64,000 bases of DNA from Candidatus Latescibacterota bacterium (lineage in GTDB: Bacteria > Latescibacterota > UBA2968): contig OZ240241.1 in assembly GCA_965198115.1 (NCBI GenBank), positions 7,392,001 through 7,456,000 on the forward strand, given 5' to 3'. Position 1 is the first letter of the stretch, and every line of letters begins with the position of its first letter. Below are positions 1 through 9,647 of this stretch, in pieces. A model generated the notes under the pieces. It was not told the origin of the DNA. It worked only from the letters and a program-made list of their open reading frames with translations, and ran no database searches. The translations under genes were made by a program, and so were the position numbers.

Positions 1-512
1 GGCACGTTATCGAAAACCAAGGCCCCACGGCGTGTTGCCCGGGTTACGTGTGAGGAGACACAGCGTCCAGCGTCCACGAACCCGGCGCGCGGTGTGAAGC
101 AGGTCACCGTGTCCGATGGCGGAACCAGCCCAGGAAATCGGTCGGTTACCTCGCGCGACGAGAGCAACTCATAAGGTGAGCCGACCTCCTCCATGACGTC
201 GATTTTGGTCTGGAGGTCCGCATTCCCTTCACGGGCGAACACGGCGATCCCCTTGAGGTTCAGGAGGCTTTCTTCCGATTCGGCCTCGAGGTCCCTCCAG
301 AGTGGGATCGACGCCTCAACGAGACGCGTGTAGACGGCTTCGTGGTAGAGGCTACGGAATGCCCGTGAATGGCCGTGCGAACTGCCTCGATCGTGGCCCA
401 CGCCGAACTGCTCGATGCCCGTCGGGGCGATGCCTTCTTTGGCCAGGTGGTAGAGCGCGGCGCTTCCCATTGCGCCCAGGCCAACGACGAGGGCTTCGGT
501 CTCATCGATCAC
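1..512 (-). CDS. Monomeric sarcosine oxidase / N-methyltryptophan oxidase (SolA)-family FAD oxidoreductase, runs off the window edge
   Basis: Not in the ORF track because it is open to the edge. Manual translation from GTG at 512: MIDETEALVVGLGAMGSAALYHLAKEG...EQFGVGHDRGSSHGHSRAFR, giving the GxGxxG FAD motif and the family GSSHG motif. Confidence 0.85.
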   Translation of the reverse strand, partial: MIDETEALVVGLGAMGSAALYHLAKEGIAPTGIEQFGVGHDRGSSHGHSRAFRSLYHEAVYTRLVEASIPLWRDLEAESEESLLNLKGIAVFAREGNADLQTKIDVMEEVGSPYELLSSREVTDRFPGLVPPSDTVTCFTPRAGFVDAGRCVSSHVTRATRRGALVFDNV

Positions 513-517
513 CGACT

Positions 518-1615
518 TTACCTGAACCAATCGTAATGGAGACCGAGTGTTCGGTCCGGCAGTGGGAGGTCCACCCGTTGTCCGCCTCGTTCGGACGAAT
601 GTTTCAGGGCGATTTCGACTTCGAGGGCCTGGGCGACCCTGCGACCAGAATTCTTGGGTTCGTCGATTCGTCCCGACAGGCAGTCCATGATGTCGGCGAG
701 ACAGTAGATGGCGCCGTAGGGGAATCCGAACTGCGGATCGGGCCACGGTACCTCCACCCGCTGGTTCCCGCTTGCCGTTTCGATGTCCTGCCATAGACGC
801 CATCCCTCGGCGATGCCGCCGAAGAGGATCTCGCCCGCCGTTCCGCTGATCCGTACGCCTGGCGCGCCCTTCCGGAAGTGCACGATCGTGCCGTTTTCCG
901 TTGCCAGCAGACCCTGGCCTCTGAATTCATCGCTACCGGATTCCGCGCGACCGTCGTCGCCCGTTCCGACGACCCACGCGAGTGGGCTGTCGAGGAAATA
1001 CGACCAGTTTTGATGCTGGGCGCCCGGGCCATTGGCTTCGATGGAAACGACGGTCCCGATCGCGCCACTCTGGATCAGATCTTTTGCGCGTTCGAACGAT
1101 GGATGCGTGGTGGTGATGCTGCCGCATACGAGGGGGACGCCGGCACCCTCACACGCCGAAACCATTCGATCTGCTTCCTCCAGCCGATGGACCATGGGTT
1201 TTTCCGTCAGGATTCCCCTGGCGCCGTACTCAACGGCGAGGCAGGTCAAATCGGCACGATACCTGGTGTTCGTCGCCACGGCGACGAGGTCGGGTCGTTC
1301 CTCAACGAACATTTTCTCGGCGTCTACGTAAACGGACTTCCCGTAGCGTTCCGAGAATGCGTCCAGGCGCTTCCGATCACGGTCGACTCCGGCTACGAGC
1401 TCGATCTCTTCGCGGTCGTGGAATGCCTCGGAATAAGACGTTGGGTTGCCCTCACCGCCTGGGTGTTCGTGATGGTAGATCCGACGGTGAGTGTCGAGCG
1501 GAGGCGTCGGCCGATCGGTGTCTTCGATCTCGAACCGATCGGAAATACGACTCGCCATGTCGTAAAGCAACCCCATCCAACCCAGTCCGATGACTGCTGC
1601 TTTGTATTTCCCCAT
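518..1615 (-). CDS. Gfo/Idh/MocA family oxidoreductase
   Basis: AAVIGLGWMG Rossmann start, EKPM motif, 365 aa. Confidence 0.9.
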   Translation of the reverse strand: MGKYKAAVIGLGWMGLLYDMASRISDRFEIEDTDRPTPPLDTHRRIYHHEHPGGEGNPTSYSEAFHDREEIELVAGVDRDRKRLDAFSERYGKSVYVDAEKMFVEERPDLVAVATNTRYRADLTCLAVEYGARGILTEKPMVHRLEEADRMVSACEGAGVPLVCGSITTTHPSFERAKDLIQSGAIGTVVSIEANGPGAQHQNWSYFLDSPLAWVVGTGDDGRAESGSDEFRGQGLLATENGTIVHFRKGAPGVRISGTAGEILFGGIAEGWRLWQDIETASGNQRVEVPWPDPQFGFPYGAIYCLADIMDCLSGRIDEPKNSGRRVAQALEVEIALKHSSERGGQRVDLPLPDRTLGLHYDWFR

Positions 1616-1693
1616 GGCGAAACCTTAGAAGAGGACCACCTCTCACATCCGTTCGAGGCAGGCTTCATACACGAAAAACAAAAGAAAACGTGG

Positions 1694-1795
1694 GACCACG
1701 GAACACACGGAAGGGAAATACCCCCGAGAGCAGTGGCGCTATTCGCGGCCTATAACGAGGGTGGTCCCGAGCAGTTTTCCGTGTATTCCGTGGTC
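1694..1795. repeat. Intergenic inverted repeat of the 9-nt periodic family
   Basis: gaccacggaacacacggaa (1694-1712) and ttccgtgtattccgtggtc (1777-1795) are reverse complements with one mismatch; the spacer contains ggcgctattcgcg. Confidence 0.8.
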
Positions 1796-1802
1796 TAGGG
1801 CT

Positions 1803-2495
1803 TCAGACTTTCGTTTCGATGATGCCGATCCAGCCGGTGGAGGAGTCGCAGTAGATGAATCCCCCGTTGTAGATGGATACGCCGTGGGGGGCGGGATGGC
1901 ATTCCGGGATGTCGATGCGGACCATTTCTTCGTTCGACTCGATGTCGAATTTGATGAGGCAGCGATCGTTTGTGAAGGCGATCCAGAGACCGTCTTCAAC
2001 TCGAACGACTCCGTGTGAGCGCCCGTACGGCATCTCCACCTCGCGGATGACCGATCGGTCATCCATTTTTACCTGCGACATGGTTTTGCCGGTAGCCAAC
2101 CACATGGTGCCCGCTTCGTGGTTGTCGAACTCGATTCCGTGGGTCCCGCCTTCGTGGGGCATGGGCCAGGAATCGAGGGTTTTCCCGGTTTTGGGGTCGA
2201 CCTTGACCGTGGCGCCCGACGGAAAGTCGGTGTCGCGGCCAAGGCGATACTTGGCCCCGGGACCGTTGGCGGCCAGCCAAAGCGCGCCATCGCCATAGGT
2301 CAGGCCGCTGGTGTTCGAGGATTCGGTGTCGAATTCCCGGAGAACCAACGTCTTGCCGTAGCGGTTGATGTTCTCGGTCTCGACGAGGGCGCAACGGTCG
2401 GTAACCTGGTCGACCACCCACAACCCTTCGTCCGTCATTTGCATGCCGTTGGGCTGGGCGTAGGGCGATCGGAATGCTGCGTAGACATTTGCCAC
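1803..2495 (-). CDS. Hypothetical beta-propeller protein (glutaminyl-cyclase/SMP-30-like blades)
   Basis: Repeated blade motifs PNGMQ..GLWVVD, SGLTYGDGALWLA, HGIEFD, HGVVRVEDGLWIA, PHGVSIY; GAGG RBS before GTG. Confidence 0.6.
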   Translation of the reverse strand: MANVYAAFRSPYAQPNGMQMTDEGLWVVDQVTDRCALVETENINRYGKTLVLREFDTESSNTSGLTYGDGALWLAANGPGAKYRLGRDTDFPSGATVKVDPKTGKTLDSWPMPHEGGTHGIEFDNHEAGTMWLATGKTMSQVKMDDRSVIREVEMPYGRSHGVVRVEDGLWIAFTNDRCLIKFDIESNEEMVRIDIPECHPAPHGVSIYNGGFIYCDSSTGWIGIIETKV

Positions 2496-2519
2496 GTTGG
2501 CCTCCTTGTTCGGCAGCCT

Positions 2520-4049
2520 TCAGCCGTGTCGGATGACAGTTTCCACATCGGTGAGGATCAAGTCACAGGCAAGCTGAGGATGACGCTCGATCAGCGCAAC
2601 CTTCACTTGGTGTGGTCCTGCTGCGATTTCGCCAAGATCGTAATGCAACCAGGCAGCTCCGCTAACAGAGCTGATCCCGTGAAGGTTCCCGGCCTGGCAA
2701 TAGCGGACGTCGGGATCGATCAGCTGTGTTTCGTCCCACCACACGCTGATGGTGTCGCCTACGGCCCATTCCTGCAGTCGCAGTCGGAGCTCCGCCGATG
2801 ACAGGTCTTCATCCGCGATATTCAGCGCCACTGCAGGACCGCCGCCGGTGAGCGTGCGCTTGAGAGCCACGGGGACCTCGCCGCGCAATCGGTCGCCGCG
2901 ATAAGCGCCCCGCCAATCGCCCTCCTTGACGATGACGCGGTGCGTGGCAGCATAGATCTTGTCCGTTCCCTTTAGTGTTTCCGCGGATCCAATCTGTGAG
3001 AGCAGCTCGCGTCGTGTGTTCGGGCCAGCGTGCCAGTTGAAGACGTAAATCCCTTCGGCACCAGCGTCGTGGTATCGGCTGGCTGTGGCGCGTGTGCGTA
3101 ATCGATCTTTAAGCGCGGGGTCCTCCGGTCCGACGTGTTCTCCGGGCAGCCCGCCGTCAAACCCAGGATAGATGGCGATGTCCGTGTCCCGGCAAAGGTC
3201 GAGAAAGGCATCGACTTCGATGGAGGGGTCGGTGGCGGCATTGGCCGCTGGAATGAGGATGTCGACCAACCCCTCACGGACCCAGACGGGGATGTCGTAG
3301 CCGATCTGCCGGCACCGTTCAAGACTTCCGGAGACACGGGTAGCGACATAGAAGGGACGCCCCCGTTCGCGGGCGATCTCGTCCGTCATTTGGCGAATGG
3401 CGCGCTGAAGGTCGGTGAGGACATAACGGAGTCTGTAGCCGTCGTCGTCGGGTAGATGAAAGCCGTGTCGTTGCCAGTCGAGTTCAACACCGTCCCAGTC
3501 GTAGCGCGTGCAGAGCTCGCGAATGTGGGCAAGCCGGTATTCCCGGACTTCGGGAATGGACATATCCCACGACAGAGCAAACCACTCTGATGTTCTGTCT
3601 CCGAGCAGCCAATCGGGATGGTCGATTCTGAGTTGCGTGAGCTCGGTATGATGCAGACTTGCCAGATCCTCGATCTGCGCGCCGCTGAAGTGGTTGTCGT
3701 TCATTCGAACGGATGCGTAGACGGCCATACCGAGATCGCGACCCCTCTCGATCAGGGCCTGCTGCGGATCTTCCCCGCGGTCGAGCATCTGACGGATGTT
3801 CTCGGTGTGCGTGTAGGCGCTTGCACTTTCGTAACGACGTCCGTGTACGTCGCCCAGCATCTCCAGATCTTCCGTGGGCCATCGCGTGGCGTGTTCGCCG
3901 ATACACCAGAAGAGCGCTCCGACCTGCGTGTCGATGAGCGGCGCGTAGGTCTTGTCGAGGAAGGATTCGAGCGATTGAGGGACTTCGGAATAGCCGTGTG
4001 GGGCGCCATCCCAGTTGTAGATAATGCCATAATCGGGGGGACGAGGCAT
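2520..4049 (-). CDS. GHL10/DUF187-like TIM-barrel protein with C-terminal beta-sandwich (paralog 1)
   Basis: SVRMNDNH, YDWDGVELDWQRH, DIPVWVREGLVDILIP, GAEGIYVFN; AAGGAG lies 6 nt before ATG 4049. Confidence 0.75.
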   Translation of the reverse strand: MPRPPDYGIIYNWDGAPHGYSEVPQSLESFLDKTYAPLIDTQVGALFWCIGEHATRWPTEDLEMLGDVHGRRYESASAYTHTENIRQMLDRGEDPQQALIERGRDLGMAVYASVRMNDNHFSGAQIEDLASLHHTELTQLRIDHPDWLLGDRTSEWFALSWDMSIPEVREYRLAHIRELCTRYDWDGVELDWQRHGFHLPDDDGYRLRYVLTDLQRAIRQMTDEIARERGRPFYVATRVSGSLERCRQIGYDIPVWVREGLVDILIPAANAATDPSIEVDAFLDLCRDTDIAIYPGFDGGLPGEHVGPEDPALKDRLRTRATASRYHDAGAEGIYVFNWHAGPNTRRELLSQIGSAETLKGTDKIYAATHRVIVKEGDWRGAYRGDRLRGEVPVALKRTLTGGGPAVALNIADEDLSSAELRLRLQEWAVGDTISVWWDETQLIDPDVRYCQAGNLHGISSVSGAAWLHYDLGEIAAGPHQVKVALIERHPQLACDLILTDVETVIRHG

Positions 4050-4169
4050 AGTCATCTCCTTCAGCGTCCGGCCAATCTGCCACATCCAAATATGGCTACG
4101 CGATGGTTGGACATGGCGACCTCAAAAGATTTGGGACCACGGAATACACGGAAGAAACAATAGCCCTTA

Positions 4170-5463
4170 GGGTTTGCCACGAAATAAGTGCTGCACTTTT
4201 CAAGGTAATGATCTTACGCTCGGAGTGTGGACGTCGAAACTCTCCGAACGAAGTATGAAGCCTTGGCTCCGGTGCTGACGGAACGCACGCGTCGTCTGTG
4301 GGCCGCCACGGAAGCCGAAGCGTTGGGTCACGGTGGGATCGCGATTGTGGCTCTGGCGACAGGAATGTCCAGAGAGCGGATCTTTCGTGGCATTCAGGAG
4401 TTGAGGTCGGACGAACCTTTGAACCCGGCTCGCATCCGGCGTCCAGGCGGCGGTCGTAAGCGGAAGGCCGACACGGACCCGACGCTGTGGCAGGACCTGA
4501 ATGATCTGGTCGAGCCAACGACTGCGGGGTCGCCTGACGACAATCCTCTGAGATGGACATCGAAGAGCACTCGCAAACTGGCCGCCGAGTTGCAAGCGAT
4601 GGGGCATTCGGTGAGCCCCAGGATCGTTGCCAATCTCCTGCACGAACACGATTACACGCTGCAGGCGAATCGGAAGACAAGGGAGGGATCTGCACACCCG
4701 GATCGGGACGCTCAGTTCGTTTACCTCGATGATCGGATTAGCCAGCAGCAGCAGCAGGGCCTTCCCGTTATCTCGGTGGACACCAAGAAGAAAGAGTTGA
4801 TCGGCGACTTCAAGAATCCTGGCCGAGAATGGCGACCCAAGGGAGACCCGGAGCGTGTGAAGGTACACGATTTCATAGTGCCTGCTCAGGGCAAGGCGAT
4901 CCCTTATGGAGTGTATGATCTGAGCCGTGATGAAGGCTGGGTAAGTGTCGGTATCGATCACGACACGGCCAGCTTCGCCGTGAATGCGATCCGAAGTTGG
5001 TGGAAGAACATGGGACGGCCCGCCTACGGCACTTCGACGCATCTGCTAATCACGGCGGACGCAGGCGGCAGCAACGGCGCCAAGACGCGGCTGTGGAAGT
5101 GGGAGCTGCAGCGCTTTGCGAATCGCACTGGCCTGACGATCACCGTATGCCACTACCCTCCTGGCACTAGTAAGTGGAACAAGATCGAACATCGCCTGTT
5201 CTCCTTCATCGCTATGAACTGGCAAGGCAAGCCCCTGGTCAGCCTGGCTGCAACCGTGAATCTCATTGCCGGAACGACCACTCAAGCCGGTCTCCGAGTA
5301 CGCTCCGAGATCGACAAGCGACCCTACCCTAACGGGGTCAAGGTGACCGATGAACAGATGACCCAAATCGATCTCACTCCGCACGATTTCCACGGCGACT
5401 GGAACTACACGATCCGGCCAATGGCTCAACATTGAGATCGACCGTTTATTTATTCGCGAACCC
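4170..5463 (+). mobile_element. ISAzo13-family insertion sequence, copy 1 (1294 bp)
   Basis: Imperfect terminal IRs GGGTTTGCCACGAAATAA / TTATTTATTCGCGAACCC; near-identical to copies at 12347-13637 and 22716-24006. Confidence 0.93.
4227..5435 (+). CDS. ISAzo13-family DDE transposase
   Basis: ISVDTKKKELIG, ITADAGGSNG, HYPPGTSKWNKIEHRLFS motifs. Confidence 0.95.
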   Translation: MDVETLRTKYEALAPVLTERTRRLWAATEAEALGHGGIAIVALATGMSRERIFRGIQELRSDEPLNPARIRRPGGGRKRKADTDPTLWQDLNDLVEPTTAGSPDDNPLRWTSKSTRKLAAELQAMGHSVSPRIVANLLHEHDYTLQANRKTREGSAHPDRDAQFVYLDDRISQQQQQGLPVISVDTKKKELIGDFKNPGREWRPKGDPERVKVHDFIVPAQGKAIPYGVYDLSRDEGWVSVGIDHDTASFAVNAIRSWWKNMGRPAYGTSTHLLITADAGGSNGAKTRLWKWELQRFANRTGLTITVCHYPPGTSKWNKIEHRLFSFIAMNWQGKPLVSLAATVNLIAGTTTQAGLRVRSEIDKRPYPNGVKVTDEQMTQIDLTPHDFHGDWNYTIRPMAQH

Positions 5464-5559
5464 TAAGGTATGATGGCGCTATTCGCGATAGGCTTACAGC
5501 CCAACCTATGTATGATGACCTCTCCCACGGAGATCGCAGAGGAAAAAGGATTCATTGTC

Positions 5560-5640
5560 CAGAACACTGAACTACTGAACTTCCGAACCGAACACCGACC
5601 ACTCGTTTCACTGACCTCCGACCGCTGATCTCTGACTTCT
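5560..5640. repeat. Degenerate 7-nt periodic intergenic repeat
   Basis: cagaacactgaactactgaacttccgaaccgaacaccgacc...ctgacctccgaccgctgatctctgacttct directly after the stop codon at 5641. Confidence 0.65.
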
Positions 5641-7227
5641 CTATATACCCGAAGGGATGCTGGGTCCCAGGTCTCTTTCCGGGATGCGATGGTAGTTTTT
5701 GCCCATCAGATAGCGGATCTCGAGCTCGACGTCGCGCACTCGGATCTGGGGTGAGATCGCGGTGTCTCTCTTCTCGAGCGTGATTTCGAGGGTGTTTTTG
5801 CCTTTTCTCGGCCAGTGAGCGCGGTCGAGGCGGAAAACGAACCAGTAGCCCGATCCCGTCCGGTAACGCGGGGCGCTCATGCGATACAATTCGTTGATTT
5901 TCCGGAGCAGAGCGTCCGGCAGCTCCTTGCGATTCAGTCGGAACTTCAACCGATCGCGCTCCGTGGTGTTCATGATGCGAATGCGGAGCAGGATCTCGTG
6001 AACGCGGTTCACGCGGTTCCAGCGCGGGAGGTCGTCGCTGGTAGTGATGGGGATCCGGATGGGCATACCGGTCTCCAGAGGCGCAGGTAGGTCCATGCCC
6101 ATACCGGGTTCGAGCGTTGGGTTCGGATAACGACCGGTTTCTGTCGGCACGGTGTAGATCTTGTCTTTGGGCGCCATGACTTCCGGATCGGGGAGCTCCC
6201 GCAGGATCTCGTAAAACTCCGCCTGGTAGGGCCAGTGGTTGAACCAGTGGGCGAGGTAGAATCCATCGACACCCTGCGCCCAATAATTGCACGCGGCCGC
6301 ACGGATCATCTCGATCGAGGCTTCGCAGAGGCGGTCCGAGTCGAGATGGCTCTGGAGGGCGGCGTAGACGCGACAGCCGGTGCCTTCGGCCGCCTCGACG
6401 AGCGGGCGGAAGTCGACGCCCGGGTCGTGCAGTTCGGGCGCGGAGAACTTTTGACCGACGAGCGCGTCGACGATGCCCAACTTGAGCCACTCCCGCACGT
6501 CAAGTCCCACGTCGAAGCAGCCATCGAGACTGGCAGGGATCCGGATGATCAGTTCCCTGTCTTTTCCGCTCTCTTTGAGGGCTCTGTAGACGCGCCGGAT
6601 CCACCCGGTCATGAGTACGCGACCGCGATCGACTTCATCCGGATGGAAGTAGTACGGGTGGTAGTTCATCTGCAGCTCGAAACCATCTATCGTGTATTTC
6701 TTGAGCGTCTCCTCGATCAGGGCGAACCGCTCATCGCGAACGTTTTCGTGCTTGAAGTCGAGGCACGTGAATCCGGGATTCTCCGGATCGAGGTCGCCTT
6801 TCGCGCCGATTTCGAGGTGGGCGTTTTCGAACCGGAAGTCCGAGCAGCGGACATCGGTCTCCCGGTCTCCACGGCCCTGCTGGACGAGGAGCGTGGGATA
6901 GAAGCCCATGCCTTTGTCGTGCGCGCGATCCGCGATGATTCCGAGCGGGTCGTGCCCCTTCCTAATCAAGTTGCTGGCGTTCTGATGGGCCCTGCGGAAG
7001 ATGACGTGGGACCATTTTTTGACATTGTGACCCCAGAGTTCGCCCACCTTCGTGTCGTGTAAAACGGTGCGACCATCACCGAGACAGAACATCAGTGCAT
7101 CGATGGGCGTGCCGATCAGTTCGTCTACTCCCGCCTCGTACTCCTCCTTCTGCATGGGAGGCTCGTACATGTAGATCAGGGGGTGGCGGCCGTCGTGATA
7201 GAACATGAGTTTTGGGGCAGTTTTCAT
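5641..7227 (-). CDS. GHL10/DUF187-like TIM-barrel protein (paralog 2)
   Basis: LDFKHENVRD, YTIDGFELQMNY, DVREWLKLGIVDALVG, GVDGFYL; GAGGAG RBS before ATG 7227. Confidence 0.75.
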   Translation of the reverse strand: MKTAPKLMFYHDGRHPLIYMYEPPMQKEEYEAGVDELIGTPIDALMFCLGDGRTVLHDTKVGELWGHNVKKWSHVIFRRAHQNASNLIRKGHDPLGIIADRAHDKGMGFYPTLLVQQGRGDRETDVRCSDFRFENAHLEIGAKGDLDPENPGFTCLDFKHENVRDERFALIEETLKKYTIDGFELQMNYHPYYFHPDEVDRGRVLMTGWIRRVYRALKESGKDRELIIRIPASLDGCFDVGLDVREWLKLGIVDALVGQKFSAPELHDPGVDFRPLVEAAEGTGCRVYAALQSHLDSDRLCEASIEMIRAAACNYWAQGVDGFYLAHWFNHWPYQAEFYEILRELPDPEVMAPKDKIYTVPTETGRYPNPTLEPGMGMDLPAPLETGMPIRIPITTSDDLPRWNRVNRVHEILLRIRIMNTTERDRLKFRLNRKELPDALLRKINELYRMSAPRYRTGSGYWFVFRLDRAHWPRKGKNTLEITLEKRDTAISPQIRVRDVELEIRYLMGKNYHRIPERDLGPSIPSGI

Positions 7228-7240
7228 GACACGAGTCTCC

Positions 7241-7743
7241 TCACCGCTCACTGAGTAAGCGCACCGTTTCTTTGCCGGGGAAGATCCCACTTAGGGGTGC
7301 GCCAGAAACACGACACGGCATTTCCCACATCTCCGCCTCGCAGAAAGGCAAGTGATCCTCATTCCAAACTCCGGGTTCGAGGCCGTGACTGACACACCTA
7401 TAGATATCATTCATTGAGCCCAGAACCGAGCGGTCTTTGGTCGGTCGAATGAGTACCTGGCGCATGGCGTGGATTTCTGGATCGATTAGCTCGGGTGGAA
7501 GATGTAGCCTCTGAAGTCGATCTTTGACGAGATTTCCCAGGCGATCGGGGAGCGCCCGGACGCTGCGTGCGGGTTCCAAGATAGTGAACAACGAGCGCAT
7601 GCTTGCTAGAAGTAGCAGGGGGCGTCGATCAACAACGATACGATTGACATACCAGTCTCCCAGGGCTGTCTCCGAGACCTGTTCGACATCCGATCGAGGG
7701 GGCAACCTATGCAAAACCTTCCTTGTCGCCCTCAGTACACCAT
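7241..7743 (-). pseudogene. DUF6933-like protein, apparently frameshifted just after the start codon
   Basis: Frame reads VLRATRKVLHRL...LGDWYVNRIVVDRRPLLLL...TKDRSVLGSMND. The nearby ATG (7743) is out of frame by one base (ATG GT- GTA CTG). Confidence 0.55.
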
Positions 7744-7754
7744 AGTCCGACTCT

Positions 7755-9116
7755 TCAGTCCCCGTCCCGGATCTGCCCTGTTTGCGTCCAGTCGAAAACG
7801 ACGCCGAACAGGCTCGCAGGATCGTCGCGCAGACGGTCGTAGATAGTGGCTGCATCGCTGGCCTTGACGACGTCCTGGATGATGGGGCCGATGCGAAGCT
7901 GCCCTTCCGCAGTCAGCCGGCAGACCTGTTCCAGGTCGCTCCGTGTGAAATGACTGGCCTGTACGATCGTCAACTCGTGGCTTTGTCCGGCGTTGAAGCT
8001 GTAGTCTACGCGCTCACGACCGGCAATAACGGCGATTCTCGAGTTTCGCTTGATGACGCCGCGATTCCAGTCGGGACCGATCACGTGATCGAAGACAGCC
8101 GCGCCTGAATCTTCGAACACCACGTCGAAGGGGCCAGCCTCCCTGATCGGCTCCCAGGAGTCCTCGTTTTTCGTCACCGCGATGGTGCGATGGGCCCCGC
8201 ACGCCTCGGCGACGGCGAGACGCTTTTCGTTCAGATCGCAGATCGTTACGACGGCGCCTGAGAGTCGCGCGGCCTGGGCGGTGAATTGGCCGACGGGTCC
8301 CGCCCCGACGACAAGGACGTTCTCCCCGAGCCTCGTGTCGGCGCGTCGGACGTCGTGCATCGCCACGCTGGCGACACCGAACAGGGCTGCGTGCTTTCGG
8401 TCGATCGTCTCTGGGAGCTTCACGACGAGGTCGTTCTCGAGGGCCGGCGCGGTGAAGAAATCGGAGTGCCGTCGGTGTTGGCCGGCGTAGATCACATCTC
8501 CGCCTTTGAGGTCTTGGACCCCCTCACCGACGGTGATGACCTTACCCACATTCTGGTAGCCCGGCCTCGCGGGCCAGCTTCGACCGTAGTTTCCACCCAC
8601 GAGGGCGTTCCTTTCCGTCCCGTTGGTGAGGCCGGTGTAGATGGATTCGCAGAGAATCATACCGGGCTCACATTCCGGAAAGGGCAGCTCCTGGATCTCC
8701 ATCTTGCCCCTTTCCGGAAACACGAACGCTTTCATCGTCTCAGGCAGCGATGGTGCGTATCGGTGCGACGGCGTCTTTCGCAGCTCCAGAGACGGCAGGT
8801 ACCCTTCTTCTTCGACGTAGTAGTGTCCACGCTCGTGTGATCCGGGTGGTTGAGTGCCGAAGAAGGTGCTGATGGTGAAGTCGTCGGTGTTCTGACCTGT
8901 ATCGGGAAAGCCATCGGTTCCGTGCTCGTAGCCCGCGGGGATCATCCACACATCGCCCGCTTCGAGATCGAACTCCTCACGATCGCCGGAAGGGTCGATC
9001 CAATACGCCGTGCCCTTGCCCTCCAAAATGAGCCACGTTTCGTCGTAGTCGTGGAAATGCTTCTCGCAGGTGGGGAGTTTGAATCCCTTCTTGAGCAGCC
9101 CGTTGTGCAGTGCCAT
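7755..9116 (-). CDS. Cupin domain fused to MDR (zinc-binding-type) dehydrogenase
   Basis: N-terminal HFHDYDETW...GDVWMIPAGYEHG cupin; C-terminal GTE, PGYQNVG, VVGAGPVG NAD-binding motif. Confidence 0.8.
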   Translation of the reverse strand: MALHNGLLKKGFKLPTCEKHFHDYDETWLILEGKGTAYWIDPSGDREEFDLEAGDVWMIPAGYEHGTDGFPDTGQNTDDFTISTFFGTQPPGSHERGHYYVEEEGYLPSLELRKTPSHRYAPSLPETMKAFVFPERGKMEIQELPFPECEPGMILCESIYTGLTNGTERNALVGGNYGRSWPARPGYQNVGKVITVGEGVQDLKGGDVIYAGQHRRHSDFFTAPALENDLVVKLPETIDRKHAALFGVASVAMHDVRRADTRLGENVLVVGAGPVGQFTAQAARLSGAVVTICDLNEKRLAVAEACGAHRTIAVTKNEDSWEPIREAGPFDVVFEDSGAAVFDHVIGPDWNRGVIKRNSRIAVIAGRERVDYSFNAGQSHELTIVQASHFTRSDLEQVCRLTAEGQLRIGPIIQDVVKASDAATIYDRLRDDPASLFGVVFDWTQTGQIRDGD

Positions 9117-9590
9117 TCAAGCCTCGGAGGGTTTGGACGGTTGAGATGAAAGCGCACGGCGATCGAAAAAGTCGCAGATCTCTTGCCGATTCCGTACTCG
9201 AGCCATCTCTGCAGGCGTCCCGTCGACTTCTGCCCGGATGGTTGAGTCGGCTCCCTGGTCGAGGAGGTATTCGACCACGTCAAGATGTCCCCAGGCCGCC
9301 GCCATGTGAAGAGCCGTTCGCCCGTGTTCGCACTGCCTGTTGATCTCGGCACCTGCCTCAACGAGCAAACGAACAGCAGGGAGCCCGTTCGGCCACGGTC
9401 CCTGCGCGGCGAACCAGAGGGCCGTGTTCCCCCCATCGCCGTTTGGCGCCTGGCCGTTCAGGCTTTCGACGTCAACGCCTTCATCCAGGAGCGCTCGAAC
9501 CTGTTCGACATCCCGCCCACGTGCGGCGGAATGGATGGGATCGAAGCGGGTTTCTACGCTGCCCCAAGGGGCGTCTTTGGGGTCCGTCAT
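9117..9590 (-). CDS. Ankyrin repeat protein
   Basis: GNTALWFAA, GRTALHMAAAWGHLDVVEYLLDQGAD ankyrin consensus. Confidence 0.92.
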   Translation of the reverse strand: MTDPKDAPWGSVETRFDPIHSAARGRDVEQVRALLDEGVDVESLNGQAPNGDGGNTALWFAAQGPWPNGLPAVRLLVEAGAEINRQCEHGRTALHMAAAWGHLDVVEYLLDQGADSTIRAEVDGTPAEMARVRNRQEICDFFDRRALSSQPSKPSEA

Positions 9591-9597
9591 AAAAAAA

Positions 9598-9628
9598 GTG
9601 TTCGGTGTTCAGTGTTCAGGAAAAACCC
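9598..9628. repeat. 7-nt periodic repeat GTGTTC(A/G) x3 followed by GGAAAAACC
   Basis: gtgttcggtgttcagtgttcaggaaaaaccc; related copies near 21334-21370 and 22651-22679, inverted copy near 20203-20225. Confidence 0.7.
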
Positions 9629-9647
9629 CGGTCCCGATACGGCTGTC

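Noticed and set aside
260-505. 81-aa minus-strand ORF
   Set aside because: Wrong frame; the real gene is the SolA-like frame from GTG 512.
4167-4172. TTAGGG/CCCTAA telomere-like hexamers at the IS ends
   Set aside because: Single copies formed by the flank plus the GGG terminus; not tandem.
4096-5432. Antisense ORFs of 199, 280 and 128 aa repeated in each IS copy
   Set aside because: Shadow frames of the transposase; they recur only because the IS does.
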